Shown here: in pieces, positions 51,031 through 62,320 of the stretch
Layout of the letters: each line of letters opens with the position of its first letter
Position numbering within the stretch: position 1 is the stretch's first letter
Source of the DNA: Octopus sinensis
Taxonomy: Eukaryota
NCBI RefSeq assembly: GCF_006345805.1
Contig: NC_042997.1
Span: forward strand, 169,570,001 to 169,634,000
DNA length: 64,000 nt
Direction of reading: 5' to 3'
Notes under the pieces: generated by a model
The model's input: only the letters and a program-made list of their open reading frames with translations
What the model was told of the DNA's origin: nothing
Databases searched by the model: none
Made by a program: the position numbers and the translations under genes

Positions 51031-52199
51031 ACTTTGGACTTTTAAACATATTATACTGATAGCTTGCATTGCAAGATAATCTCAAATACATTAAAATATC
51101 AGAAGTAAGATTCAAGTAAATATATTAGCAAGATAGATAATGTTTTTCTATCAAACATTGATATTTTAGCTTTGTTAAATGCCCAAAAAATATTCAGATA
51201 AAAACAGGCCAGTTTCTTTGGTTTGAAAAAGAAAAAACTGTACCAACACTTTTTCTCATGATAGCTAGTGTATTTCATATAGTAATAAAATCTCTGCATT
51301 TAGTAGTTTGAGTTAATAAAATTGCAGTATCGTATATTCTTGCAACAGAATCGAAAATTTCTATCACAGTTTGAAATTGATCCCCTCCCCCCACCATAAA
51401 TGAGTTAAATAAAATATTGCTTCCCCTGTAGCATGATTCTTCGTAGAGTGACAGATTAATAATTCTTCTTCAATGCTACTTTAATAAAATTGGGCATAAG
51501 CATAAGCAAATCTGACAAACCAAGCAACATTTCTTTATTCAGCCCATCTTATCAGTTCAGCTTCACAAAAAAGTGACATTCTGATATTTCATGAACATGC
51601 CTTGAAACTGTGATTGTCATTAGAAAGTAGATCTGGATTTAAGCTGTTGCTACTTAAAGCCTTTCCACATTCAACTTGTAATTGGTTTTGAAGTAAATAA
51701 TTATATACATTACAAACATAATGTAAGGATAAAATTGGATGGTTTGGTATGAATAAAAACATTTCATTCCAGATAACTATAATTTTAGGCATAGTTTTTT
51801 TTTTTTTTTTCATTTGCCATACATTCTACCAAATGCACAGATCTTTATTATGGTTTCTGCAGCCATATGTGCTTTGCTTGCTGTTGCTAGTTGATAGTAA
51901 TGTGATTTGAATCATCATCATGATGTCTGTTTTTCCTTGTTTGTATTGGTCAGATGAAATTCATTGAGGTAGATTTCTGTAGCCAGATACTCTTTTTGAC
52001 ACTAACCTTTGCCTGTTACCAAACAAAATAATATTCCCCTCATCCTTCAAGTATGAACAACACAATGGCTTCTATGATTTTACGGATGATTGCAAATGAA
52101 TAATATTTTTGTATGATGGTAATGTTTGTTTACAACTAGCATGTGATAAAAACACACTATCACATATACATATATACTCTCTTGCTTATACACATATAT

Positions 52200-52414
52200 T
52201 GGAGAGGGTGCTGAAAAGTTCCTGGCTTTAAGGGTATAGTGAAAGGCCTGGTTGGAGGCCCACCTTCTAAGTTCTTTTAGAGGACTTAGAAAAACTGAAA
52301 GACTGCTGTAATAAGTGTGAATCTGAGAGGGGAATATGTTGAATAAAATCATAATTAACTGATCCTCCTATATTTTCTTTTACCCCAAACCAGGAACTTT
52401 TCAGCACTCCCTTG
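52200..52414. mobile_element. Mariner-type MITE, family copy 3
   Basis: gagagggtgctgaaaagttcctgg...ccaggaacttttcagcactccc. Confidence 0.85.
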
Positions 52415-53680
52415 TACATTCTTGCTCATACACATTTATACCTGTCCCCAACCCTTACTTGTTTTCAAGCAAGGTAATATTTCTTCATGGCCAGACATAT
52501 TTTTTATGGAAGAATGGAAATGTAAAGCTCAATTGTGTAATGGTGATTCTCATTTTACAACTATCACATGATATCAAGACAAGGTTACACACGTACACAT
52601 CACAATAGGTTTCTTTCAATTTCTGTCTTCCAAATCTGTTTGCAAGGTTTTGGTTGGCCTGGTGCTATAGAAGACACTTGCTCAAGGTGTTGCACAGTGG
52701 GGCTGAACCTAAGACCACATGGTTGGGAAAGAAGCTTCTTAACTATACACCCACACCTCCACTACTATATCAATTACGTGCTTACTCATAATTTAGTTAC
52801 CCTTAATGTTTCTCTCCTCTTTGATGAGTTTCATATGCATGACAAAGTAGTTATAACATCATTTAAGTTAATTACAGCAAATGGACATGTAATATGAAAT
52901 AATTGAAGTCTGATTAATTATATTCACTGGTATTTTCGTCATGTAGTGTTAACCTTTATATCATATATATTACTACATATCAGTCATAGCTTTGTGTGGT
53001 CTTTGTACAACGGTAGGTATAGAAGATACCAACAATTAAATAGAATACATCCTATCTGGCTACTTATCTTTCATTCTTTTAGTAGAGGAGAAGAAACAGT
53101 GCCTTGTCTTTGCAGGTTGCGCAATGTACAACTAATTAAATAATAATGAAATTAATATTCATTTAGTATTCTTACAATTCAAAGTTGAAATGAAAGCATG
53201 GGCAAGAGGGAAGTTCAGAAGTGATGTGGATTGTTGAAAGTGTTCAGCCTAATATTTGGGAGGCCAGGCCGTAATGGCGAGGAGAGGAGAAAGAGAAGCA
53301 TTACACTAATTTGTCTTAGTACACATCTAGGACTACATTATCCATTGTATCACTTCATTATTCATGACACTAGAGCAGGGATGTCCAGCTTGAAGGTCGC
53401 ATTGCAACCTACTTAATATTTTCATGCAGCCTACTGGCGATTCAAATTCTAATTCTGTGTTATTTTCTAGTTATATTTTCATTTACTTTGATAATGTATG
53501 ATGAGAAAATTATTCTCAGAGTATCCTATGTTGAACAGACGAATGAAAACCTCAATAAAGGGAGGTACAATGAGGGAGGCCATGGGATTTATGACATAAA
53601 ATAGCTAACTCTACATCGTAGAGTCAACCATTGTTTCAGTTTCAAATTTTTTGCAGTAGGATCAATATTGATTGTGTTAT

Positions 53681-54057
53681 AAGGCGGCGAGCTGGCAGAA
53701 ACGTTAGCACACCAGGCGAAATGTTTAGCGGTATTTCGTCTGTCATTACGTTCTGAGTTCAAATTCCGCCAAGGTCGACTTTGCCTTTCATCCTTTCAAG
53801 GTCGATAAATTAAGTACCAGTTACGCACTGGGGTCGATGTAATTGACTTAATCCGTTTGTCTGTCCTTGTTTGTTCTCTCTGTGTTTAGCCCCTTGTGGG
53901 TAGTAAAGAAATTGGTATTACGTCTGTCTTTACATTCTGAGTTCAAATTCCACCAAGATTGACTTCACCTTTCATCCTTTCAAGGTCGATAAATTAAGTA
54001 CCAGTCGCATACTGGGGTTGATCTAATTGACTGGGCCTTGTTCTTAAATTAGAAAGG
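53681..54057 (+). mobile_element. tRNA-derived SINE with duplicated central domain (Nin/Deu-like)
   Basis: aggcggcgagctggcagaa...gagttcaaattcc; gactttgcctttcatcctttc..ggtcgataaattaagtaccag occurs twice; 17-bp TSD AATATTGATTGT(G/T)TTAT at 53664-53680 and 54058-54074. Confidence 0.88.
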
Positions 54058-54262
54058 AATATTGATTGTTTTATTTCCTAACCTTGTTTACAATGTCAAG
54101 TGATAGTGACTTCAGTGTTACTAGTCTAGGCCAAGCCTAATGCTAATGCTTTATGCGGAAGAATCTATTTATTCTTTATTTGTTTCCGATTTCTTGAATG
54201 TTGATATCAGCATCATTACGTAATATTTTTAATTGTTAATTTTAATAGCCTATTATTTGATC

Positions 54263-56016
54263 ATGGCATCTGATACTAAAAAAAAAATAACAGAGGAAAA
54301 AAGAAAATTCAATATCCTATGGACAGAAAAATATTTCATAATTAAAATATGCAGTATTATTATCTGCCTCATATGTAATGATAACATTGCTGTATGCAAG
54401 GAATATAATATTGTCACTATGCTATTAAACAGAGAAAGAAATGAAATGAAAATAGATGAATTGAAGAAGCTTAGTCCACAACAAAACAATTTCAAAAAAC
54501 ATGTTGGAAAAACTGGTACATATATAAAAGTTAGTTATTTAATAGCTGAAAAATTGGCTCAGATGGGTAAACCACTGATAGATGGCGAATTAATAAAAGA
54601 ATGTATTGTAATAGCTTTTAATGAATGTTGTCTCGAGAAGGTGAATTTATTCAATGAAAGAAGTCTTTTGCATCAGACAGTTGGTAGAAGAATTGATGAC
54701 TTAGCTGACAGTATTGTGGGTACATTGCAGACTCAATTATCTAAATGTGTTCATAACAGTTTAGCATTGGATGAAATTACTGATCAAAGTGACACTGCAC
54801 AGTTGGTTATTCTCATCAGAGGAATTGATGTCGCTTTTAATATCATTGAAAAAATGTTGGACGTGTGTCATATGAAGGGTACAACAACTGGCAGAGACAT
54901 AATTGAGCATGTTAATTTATCATTTGAAAAGTTCAATGTTGATAGAAATAAAATTCATTCAATTACAACTGGTGCTCCTGCATTAACTGGTAAAAATAAT
55001 GGGTTTATTACATTATTCAAAGAAATGGTTGATCATGATATACTTAGCTATCATTGCTTGATTCATCAACAGAAATTATGTGCTCAAAAATTAAATATAA
55101 AACAGTTGATGGCAGATATTGTGAATGTTGTTAATTTTATCAGATCTCGAGGCTTGAACCATCGTTCATTCAAAGTATACTTGGTAGAAGTTGGCAGTGT
55201 GTATGAAGATGTTACATACTTCTCAAAAGTCAGATGGCTCAGTGAAGCAGCAACTATGAATAGATTTCAATTATTGTTGCCTAAAATAAAACAGTTCATG
55301 CAAAACAAAAAGCAAAATGTTGAATTTTTAGCATATGAAGAATGGTTGAATGAGCTGTCCTTCTTAGTAGATATTACTGAAATGTTAGCTGAACTTAATT
55401 TGCATTTACAAGGAAAAAACCAGTTATGTTGTTCAATGTTTGAGCAAATAACAAGTTTTGCTAAGAAATTAGAACTTTTCATAATATAGTTGAAAGGTGG
55501 AAAAATTGTTCATTTTCAGAATTTATTTAAATGACAAGAAGAATTTCTTGTGAATTTTGAAAAATATACTAAATTTGATGAAGGTTTGTTAGAAGATTTT
55601 ACAACTAGATTTTCTAACTTCAGAAAGAGAGAAACTGAACTAAAATTGTTGAGTGATCCATTTTTTATTTACGTATGTGGAAGCACCAGCCACATACCAG
55701 ATAGAACTCATTGAGCTTCAAAGTAGAGAAGTTTTGAAGACTTATAGAGAACATGCCTGTTTTGACTTTTACAAGAAATTGCATTCTTTCAATGAATTTG
55801 ATCAAATTGCCAATTTAGCTACAAGATTATTGTGCATGTGGAGTAGTATATACTGCTGTGAACAATTCTTTTCGTGTATGAAAAACATAAAAAACTGCTG
55901 AAAGAAATAGGCTGAGTTATTGCCATTTAACTAAAATGCTTAGAGTAAAGAATAGTACCATAAAAGTAGATTTTGAAAATATCATAAAAGGAAAGCAATG
56001 CCAAAAATCACATTGA
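54263..56016 (+). pseudogene. hAT transposase pseudogene
   Basis: BED-like CLIC, SLALDEITDQSDTAQL, HCLIHQ, KVRWLS, YCCEQFFS; the second catalytic Asp is missing (ITTGAPAL instead of TTDGAP); stops and frameshifts after 55489. Confidence 0.9.
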
Positions 56017-56168
56017 TTTTATTTTGTGTAAGTGTAATTTCATTTTTACTGTCAATAGCACATTATTTTGTATTTATATTTGTTATTAAAAAATTTTATT
56101 CACTATATTTTGATCTTTTTAAAAGCTTATATCTAAGTACCAGTGAAGATACTTAAAAAAAGATTAAA

Positions 56169-59075
56169 ATAATAATAATAATAATAATGAAATTATTGTA
56201 TATAGTGCTCAGGTGCACCACAACTTGTCAAAAGTGCATATAAAACATATGCAATCATGTACAAATGTCTGGAAAGTGAACAGTGTATGAGTCAGATACA
56301 TGCTTGCGTGTGTATTGAGGGGAGAAAATTAGGTGTAGTGTTGGCGAATCTCAGGAAGCATGGAAGTTTTGAAGGATGCAGTGCTCCGACATCTAACAAC
56401 TGATGCTGGCAGTTTGTTCCATACTTAGCGTGAAAAAATGTTTCCGAAAGTCATGGGAGCTGTGCTGTTTTCTGATTTTGTAAACATGTCCACGAGTGTT
56501 AGACAGGTGTAGTTTGAAAAGGTGCTCAGAGTTATTGTTTGTAAGATGGTTAATAATTTTATGTGTGTCTGCCAAGTCAGCTGCCAGACGTCGGAGTTTC
56601 AAGGTATCTATGCCCAGGGAAGTAAGGCGTTCAGAATATGGCAAGTGCCTGATGGAGGGTATTCTCTTGGTTGCACTTCGCTGAACGGTTTCCAGATGAT
56701 TGATATCCTGGGGAAGATAGGGGTTCCAGACTGGTGATGCAAATTCCAGGTGAGGTTGCACCATAGCTATATAAAGCCTCAGATAGATAGCCGGAGATCG
56801 GCTCTCAAATGACTTGGTAAGTGATGCCAAGACACCCTCAGTCTTCTTAGCAATTTTAGCAATGTGTTTTGTCTAACGCAAATCACTGTTGACAATAATG
56901 CCCAGGTCACGTTCACAAGAAGACTTTTTGAGATTAGTGTTGTGGAGGGAGTAAGTAGACGCTCGGTTTTTCCTCCCGAAATGCACTGTGGTACATTTGT
57001 CCACAGCCAGCTTGAGTTGCCAGTCCACGATCCATTGCTGCAGGTCTGATTGCAATAAAGATATATAGTGTACAGGATCTGTCCTCTTTATTTCGAGGTA
57101 CAGCTTGATGTCATCTGCATATTTCAGCACTGTGGCATTCTTTAAGTTGGCATCTATGTCATTAACATATGCAACAAATAGAAGTGGTACACCAGATGTC
57201 ATCTCATAGGGTGAAGAGTGCTGTCCTAGAACTGTGACAACCTCTCTTCAGCCAATAATGAAGGACTTCAACCAGTTATAGAGATCATCTCTTACACCAT
57301 TGCAGAGAGTTTCACCATAGGTCTTTTGTGTGGCACAGAATTAAAAGCCTTAGCAAAGTTCAGGTAAACAACATCCATCCAGGAGCTGCCATCAGTGATT
57401 CGGGTAATGTCCTCAAGAGACTCGATGAGTTGATTACAGCAGCTGGAGTTAGGAATAAATCCAAATTGTGACAGCTGGATGAGGCTGTGAGACTTCCAGT
57501 AGTTCCAGAGGGTTTCTCAGACACAGGATTCCATCAGTTTGGTGATGCAGCTAGTAAGACTGATGGGGCGATAGTTGACATGCGATGTGCGGTCGCCTTT
57601 TTTGAACAGAGGGATAACACTGGCAGTTTTCCACTGCTCTGGAGTAACACCATTGTCAAGACAGAATTGAAAGAATAGTGAAAGTTGGTTTAGAATAAAG
57701 TACCCACCGCGTTTGAGGAATAGGTATATAAAACCATCAAGACCAGAAGAGGCATAGTTACGTTTATTCTTAAGGTGGTGTTGTAGCATTGCTGGTGTAA
57801 ATTTCATAGTAGTTATAGAGTCTGGTGTCAGAGGTGATGGAGACGGAACATTTTGATCTTCCACAGTAACGATGCCTGCATAGCATCCAGCAATGATTTC
57901 TGAACATTCTTTGGGATTGTCAGTAATCTGGCCTGTGTGGGGATTGCGAAGGGGGCCAACTAGAGAGTGAGGTCTCTACTTTGAATGTACATACTTACAA
58001 AACACTTTGCTGTCAGGGTTGGTTGCTATGCGCTGTTCAAATTCAAGCACTCCCTTTATTGTCACCTACTTGTGATGGTTGGATGATCTATTGTGCTTTT
58101 TCCTGTTGATCTCTGATTTGTGCATTTTGTATTCCTGTTCAGCATTATGGCATTCTTTCCTGGCAAGTGAGACTGCTGCAGTCTCCTAAATTGCTCTATT
58201 GGGTGGTTTTCTGTGCTTGCGTGGTACCGATGCTGTACATGCCATCCATATTGAATTCAGAACGTTCTGAAGTATAGTATTCACATCTCCAGAGGCCTAA
58301 AATTCTAGCCAGTTTGGGCGTCACAGCTTGGTACAATAAGAGTTCCAGTCTGCTTTATTCCAGTTAAAGTGGGCAGTTTGAAGATGGTTGTGGTTTTTGT
58401 TACAACCAATCAGAGACAAGTCGGCCATGATCATGGAATGATCAGAGTCACCTAAAGGTCCTTCAATAGTGACACTAATATTATTTCAGGAGAAGCAGTA
58501 AATAGCAGATCCAAAGTGTTGTTACCCCTTGTGGGGGAGGTAACGACTTGGGACCAATTTGAATTCAGCACCAGTTCAAGGAAATCATCTGCACTTTGCA
58601 GCCAACAGAAGGCCTCCCAGTCAATCTCAAGAAAATTGAAGTCTCCTGCAATATAAACATAAGTGGCTGTTTTCATGGCAGCAACTCTGAGGATATCAAA
58701 AATTGTGTGTCTTGATGATAATTTGGGGGGGCAGTAAACAACTCCAAGTAGAAGTGTTGACATGGTCATGTATATATTACAGAAAAATACTTCCTGTTGA
58801 GATTGGTTCAAATCATCACAAGGAATTGCCGATAGGTTTGAACATATGTAGACCATCACACTCCCACCATGTCGATTAATGCAGTCTTTGCGGAACAGGT
58901 TGTAGCCAGCTATGCTGAAAACCCCATCACAGAGTGCAGAATGTGCCCATGTTTCCGTGACTGTGATGAAATTTGGGTCGATACTTTTGACATAAGAGTC
59001 AAAAAGATGTACCTTGTTGCATAAACTACGGACATTTAAGGACAACAGTTTGTATCTGGATTTCAGATGACGATG
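56169..59075 (-). mobile_element. CR1-clade LINE, nearly complete decayed ORF2
   Basis: EN: SLNVRSL, TETW, AGDFN, RGNNTLDL, SDH; RT: NYRPISLTS, KYADDIKL, LEFASPVWNP, TRGH; (ATT)n tail. Confidence 0.93.
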
Positions 59076-59256
59076 ATATACAGGGGATGGTTGATTGTTC
59101 TTGTTTAGTTTCCCATGATTTTTGTATTGCCAGTTATTGTGTGTGTAGTATGCTCAGACCAACTGATATCCCTTATCCAAGACTCACCAGACTTGATGAA
59201 TTTCCATATTTTCCCATCGTTGCATAGGCTAAAGCTTTCCTACAGCACAGAGTTGC

Positions 59257-59449
59257 GATTTAGGGAAGCTACAGATCTTAGCTTTGGGCAAATGGGTCAA
59301 CGCCAGAGCATTTTCATGGTTACTTGAACAACTAGAAATAATAGCTAAATCTTGTTGAAAGATACTCTAGCACAGAATTACCTTTCAGACACGTCCTGAC
59401 CTACCACCTGATGTACGCCCAAAGCTAAGATCTGTAGCTTCCCTAAATC
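59257..59449. repeat. Perfect 33-bp inverted repeat with 127-bp spacer
   Basis: GATTTAGGGAAGCTACAGATCTTAGCTTTGGGC at 59257-59289; exact reverse complement at 59417-59449. Confidence 0.92.
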
Positions 59450-60129
59450 TGTTGTGTTGTAGATGTTTAGATGTTGCCAGTGGTTATTTGGACATGGAGT
59501 TACACATACTGCATGGATTGGGCTAGAACTATTCTCTAAGCTTGTCTAGATCATTTGTTAGTTTCAATATTTTAGTTTTGGCACTATAAATGGCTATTTT
59601 GGATGTGTGTATGTGTGTGTGTGCATATTGAGAACAGGTTTCCTGATTTATGAATTTGTGTGTGGCAAGACGAGTATAGATCAAGCTTTTTGTTAATGTA
59701 GAAATTATATTCAATCTGCCATGCCTGTGAGTTCTCACTTTATTTAATCTTTATATCTCAGTATCGATTAAACATTATGTAACAATATAATAGTTGTCAG
59801 GTATCTTAGGTGATAACAAGGAAATCTTCAGTGCTGATATACACACATAAACACACACAGCTGCTGCCACCCAATACTCTGTGAAACAATACTGCAAAAT
59901 TATTTGCAGATACTCTCATACGGAATGGATTATTTATTGACATTGTAATGGGCACAGACATAACTGTGTAGTTAAGGAGTTTATTTTGCAGCCAAGTTAT
60001 TTCTGGTTTGATTTCATTGCATTGTCTTCTGACCTTAGCCTTAAGTTGGCCTGTGTCATGTGAGTGAAACATGGTAGATAGAACTGTGCAGAAACCCATT
60101 AGATAAATATGTATTTGCATGCTGTGATA

Positions 60130-60521
60130 CATTGTAGCTGTGATACCAGTGCCGGTAGCACATAAGAGAAACATCCAAACGTGGCCGTTGCCAGCGCCGC
60201 GGCGACTTGCCTCTGTGCCGGTGGCACGTAAAAAGCACCATCCGATTGTGGCCGTTGCCAGCCTCGTCTGGCCCCCATGCCGGTGGCACGTAAAAAGCAC
60301 CATCCGATCGTGGCTGTTTGCCAGCCTCGTCTGGCACCTGTGCAGGTGGCACGTAAAAAGCACCCACTACACTCATGGAGTGGTTGGCGTTAGGAAGGGC
60401 ATCCAGCTGTAGAAACACTGCCAGATCAGACTGGGCCTGGCACAGCCTTCTGGCTTCCCAGACCCCAGTTGAACCGTCCAACCCATGCTAGCATGGAAAA
60501 CGGACATTAAACGATGATGAT
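60130..60521 (+). mobile_element. RTE 3' UTR with four repeat units
   Basis: Highly similar to the reverse complement of 16625-16965, with one extra unit. Confidence 0.9.
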
Positions 60522-60569
60522 GCATGTATGTATTTGTTTACAGTGGAGTAAGCAACTTGTCAGAAGAAA

Positions 60570-60785
60570 AAGGCGGTGAGCTGGCAGAATTGTTAGCATG
60601 CAGGGCAAAATGCTATGTGGCATTTTGTCCTGCTTTGCATTCTGAGCTCAAATTTCACTGAGGTCCACTTTGCCTTTCATCCTTTCAGGGTTGATAAAAT
60701 AAATACCAGTTGAGTACTGAGGTTGATGTAATCGACTTAACCCATGCCCTGAAATTGCTGGCCTTGTGCTAAAATTTGAAACCAT
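60570..60785 (+). mobile_element. Monomeric copy of the SINE family at 53681
   Basis: aaggcggtgagctggcagaa...ctttgcctttcatcctttcagggttgataaaataaataccag. Confidence 0.85.
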
Positions 60786-61612
60786 AGTTAATGAAGAAAG
60801 TGAGGTAACTCTCTGGAGATGTAATTTTAGTAAACTTAGACGTTTGATAAATAGATATCAATAGAATGAGTATTGAATTAAGTTTAAGTACTGGGATTAA
60901 TATAATTGATTAAAACACTAGGAGGCAGAGTCCCAGCAAAGCCTTTGTCCCTTTGATTGAAAGCAGTAAAAAAAAAGGCTGTTATATAATTGTGGGAATA
61001 AAATTTAGACAATGTGGAAGCTAACAATAATAACCCCAATTAAATTTTATATTTTAAACAAGCTACACGGACACATTAGATAATGATAATGATTTCTGAT
61101 TGACTATCAGCTTTTATTTATCAGGCTTAGTCATCCCCACCCATATGGGAACAGTATTTCAATTCCCATGAAACCACCTACTCATTATCATCTCCATATA
61201 TTACTGAAATGCACGTGTACAACAGTCAATATTTATATATCTGTCTATTAAATTGATTTGTTTACATATTTGTTTAATAATCTATTGTTGTTCTTAAAAG
61301 GTGTTGCCATTTGTTTGAGAATACCTATCTTGATTTTCTTATCCTTTAATTAATATCTATGTTGTCTATTGATTTTTGTTATCCAGTGGAAAATTGCATA
61401 GTCTTAGTAAATTGATAGTGTTTGCTTCAGTAGTTGATTCAGGGTTGTGCTGGTATCACTTACATAATAGTATACAATAGAGTCAAGAGGTGTAAATTTA
61501 ACCTAGCATGTCTGGATTTAATATCCAGAAGTTAAATGTAATGTTGTTTTTATTTAGTACAGAGCCATAATTTATGGCTTGCTCCACATTCACAATGTTG
61601 TCTAGTATTTAT

Positions 61613-61806
61613 AAACAATTGCAGCGTGGAAGGTGTTTATAAGCTATTTAAGAAACACACAAAAACTTAGATTCACTTCAACATTTAAATTTAGTTTGCC
61701 AAAATATTTTCGGCGATTTGAGACTACGACTTGTTCACTAACACAATTCTGTGCTGCAGCACGATCTCAACTCAGGTCACTTGCTAGGCAAGTATATCTC
61801 CGTAAA
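61613..61806 (-). mobile_element. 194-bp insertion carrying a variant minimal hammerhead-like motif
   Basis: 12-bp TSD TCTAGTATTTAT at 61601-61612 and 61807-61818; motif at about 61695-61745 on the minus strand. Confidence 0.7.
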
Positions 61807-62320
61807 TCTAGTATTTATGTTTTAAAGAAAGCTACTGGCTTTTATCAAAAAGAAGAGAACAAGTTCTTTTCTTTTATTCATTTTTTTTTATAACATTTTT
61901 ATTCATTTTTTTTATATAGCAAAACAGATTTTTGTACAGAGAAATATAACCTTCATGAATAATTTACTGAAATAATGTCAAAGACTGGCAAAATAGAACT
62001 GTTGGCATGAGCATTTATTAAGATGATGATGATGATGATTGAAAAACTACCCTCTCCATTGGCTCATAATTATGTATTTGCACTTTCCTTAACAATTAGA
62101 GATTATTAATCTAGTTATTGTTAGACACCACCATCTGATCTTTAGGTGCCTTTAGCAGCATTCTCTATATGTATGCATTCAAAACAGAGTTTTGGTTTTT
62201 GACTGTGTTGCTTTTACTTTAGACTTGGCTTGCAAATGTTCTGACTGAGCATCAACTTTATTATCATACCAGTCTGGGAGTGCCTTTACAGATCTTGGTT
62301 ATTACCTCTCCTCCATGACT

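Larger units (their letters stand above)
53376..56150 (+). mobile_element. hAT DNA transposon (Buster/Charlie/SPIN, GTF2IRD2-like); right end uncertain
   Basis: Left terminus CAGGGATGTCCAGC; transposase at 54263-56016; interrupted by a SINE at 53681 and followed by a CR1 at 56169. Confidence 0.75.

Noticed and set aside
53075-53145. Candidate next ASCC3 exon after ttcttttag
   Set aside because: No frame gives an RGPVLE-like peptide.
59480-59500. Right TIR of the hAT element starting at 53376
   Set aside because: Only TGGACAT matches; the terminal CCCTG and the expected CACTAGAG duplication are absent.
60240-60360. HDV-like ribozyme in the RTE 3' UTR unit (GCCAGCCTCGTCTGGC)
   Set aside because: It superficially resembles HDV P3/L3, but no P1, P1.1 or P2 partners could be assigned; a simple hairpin explains it.
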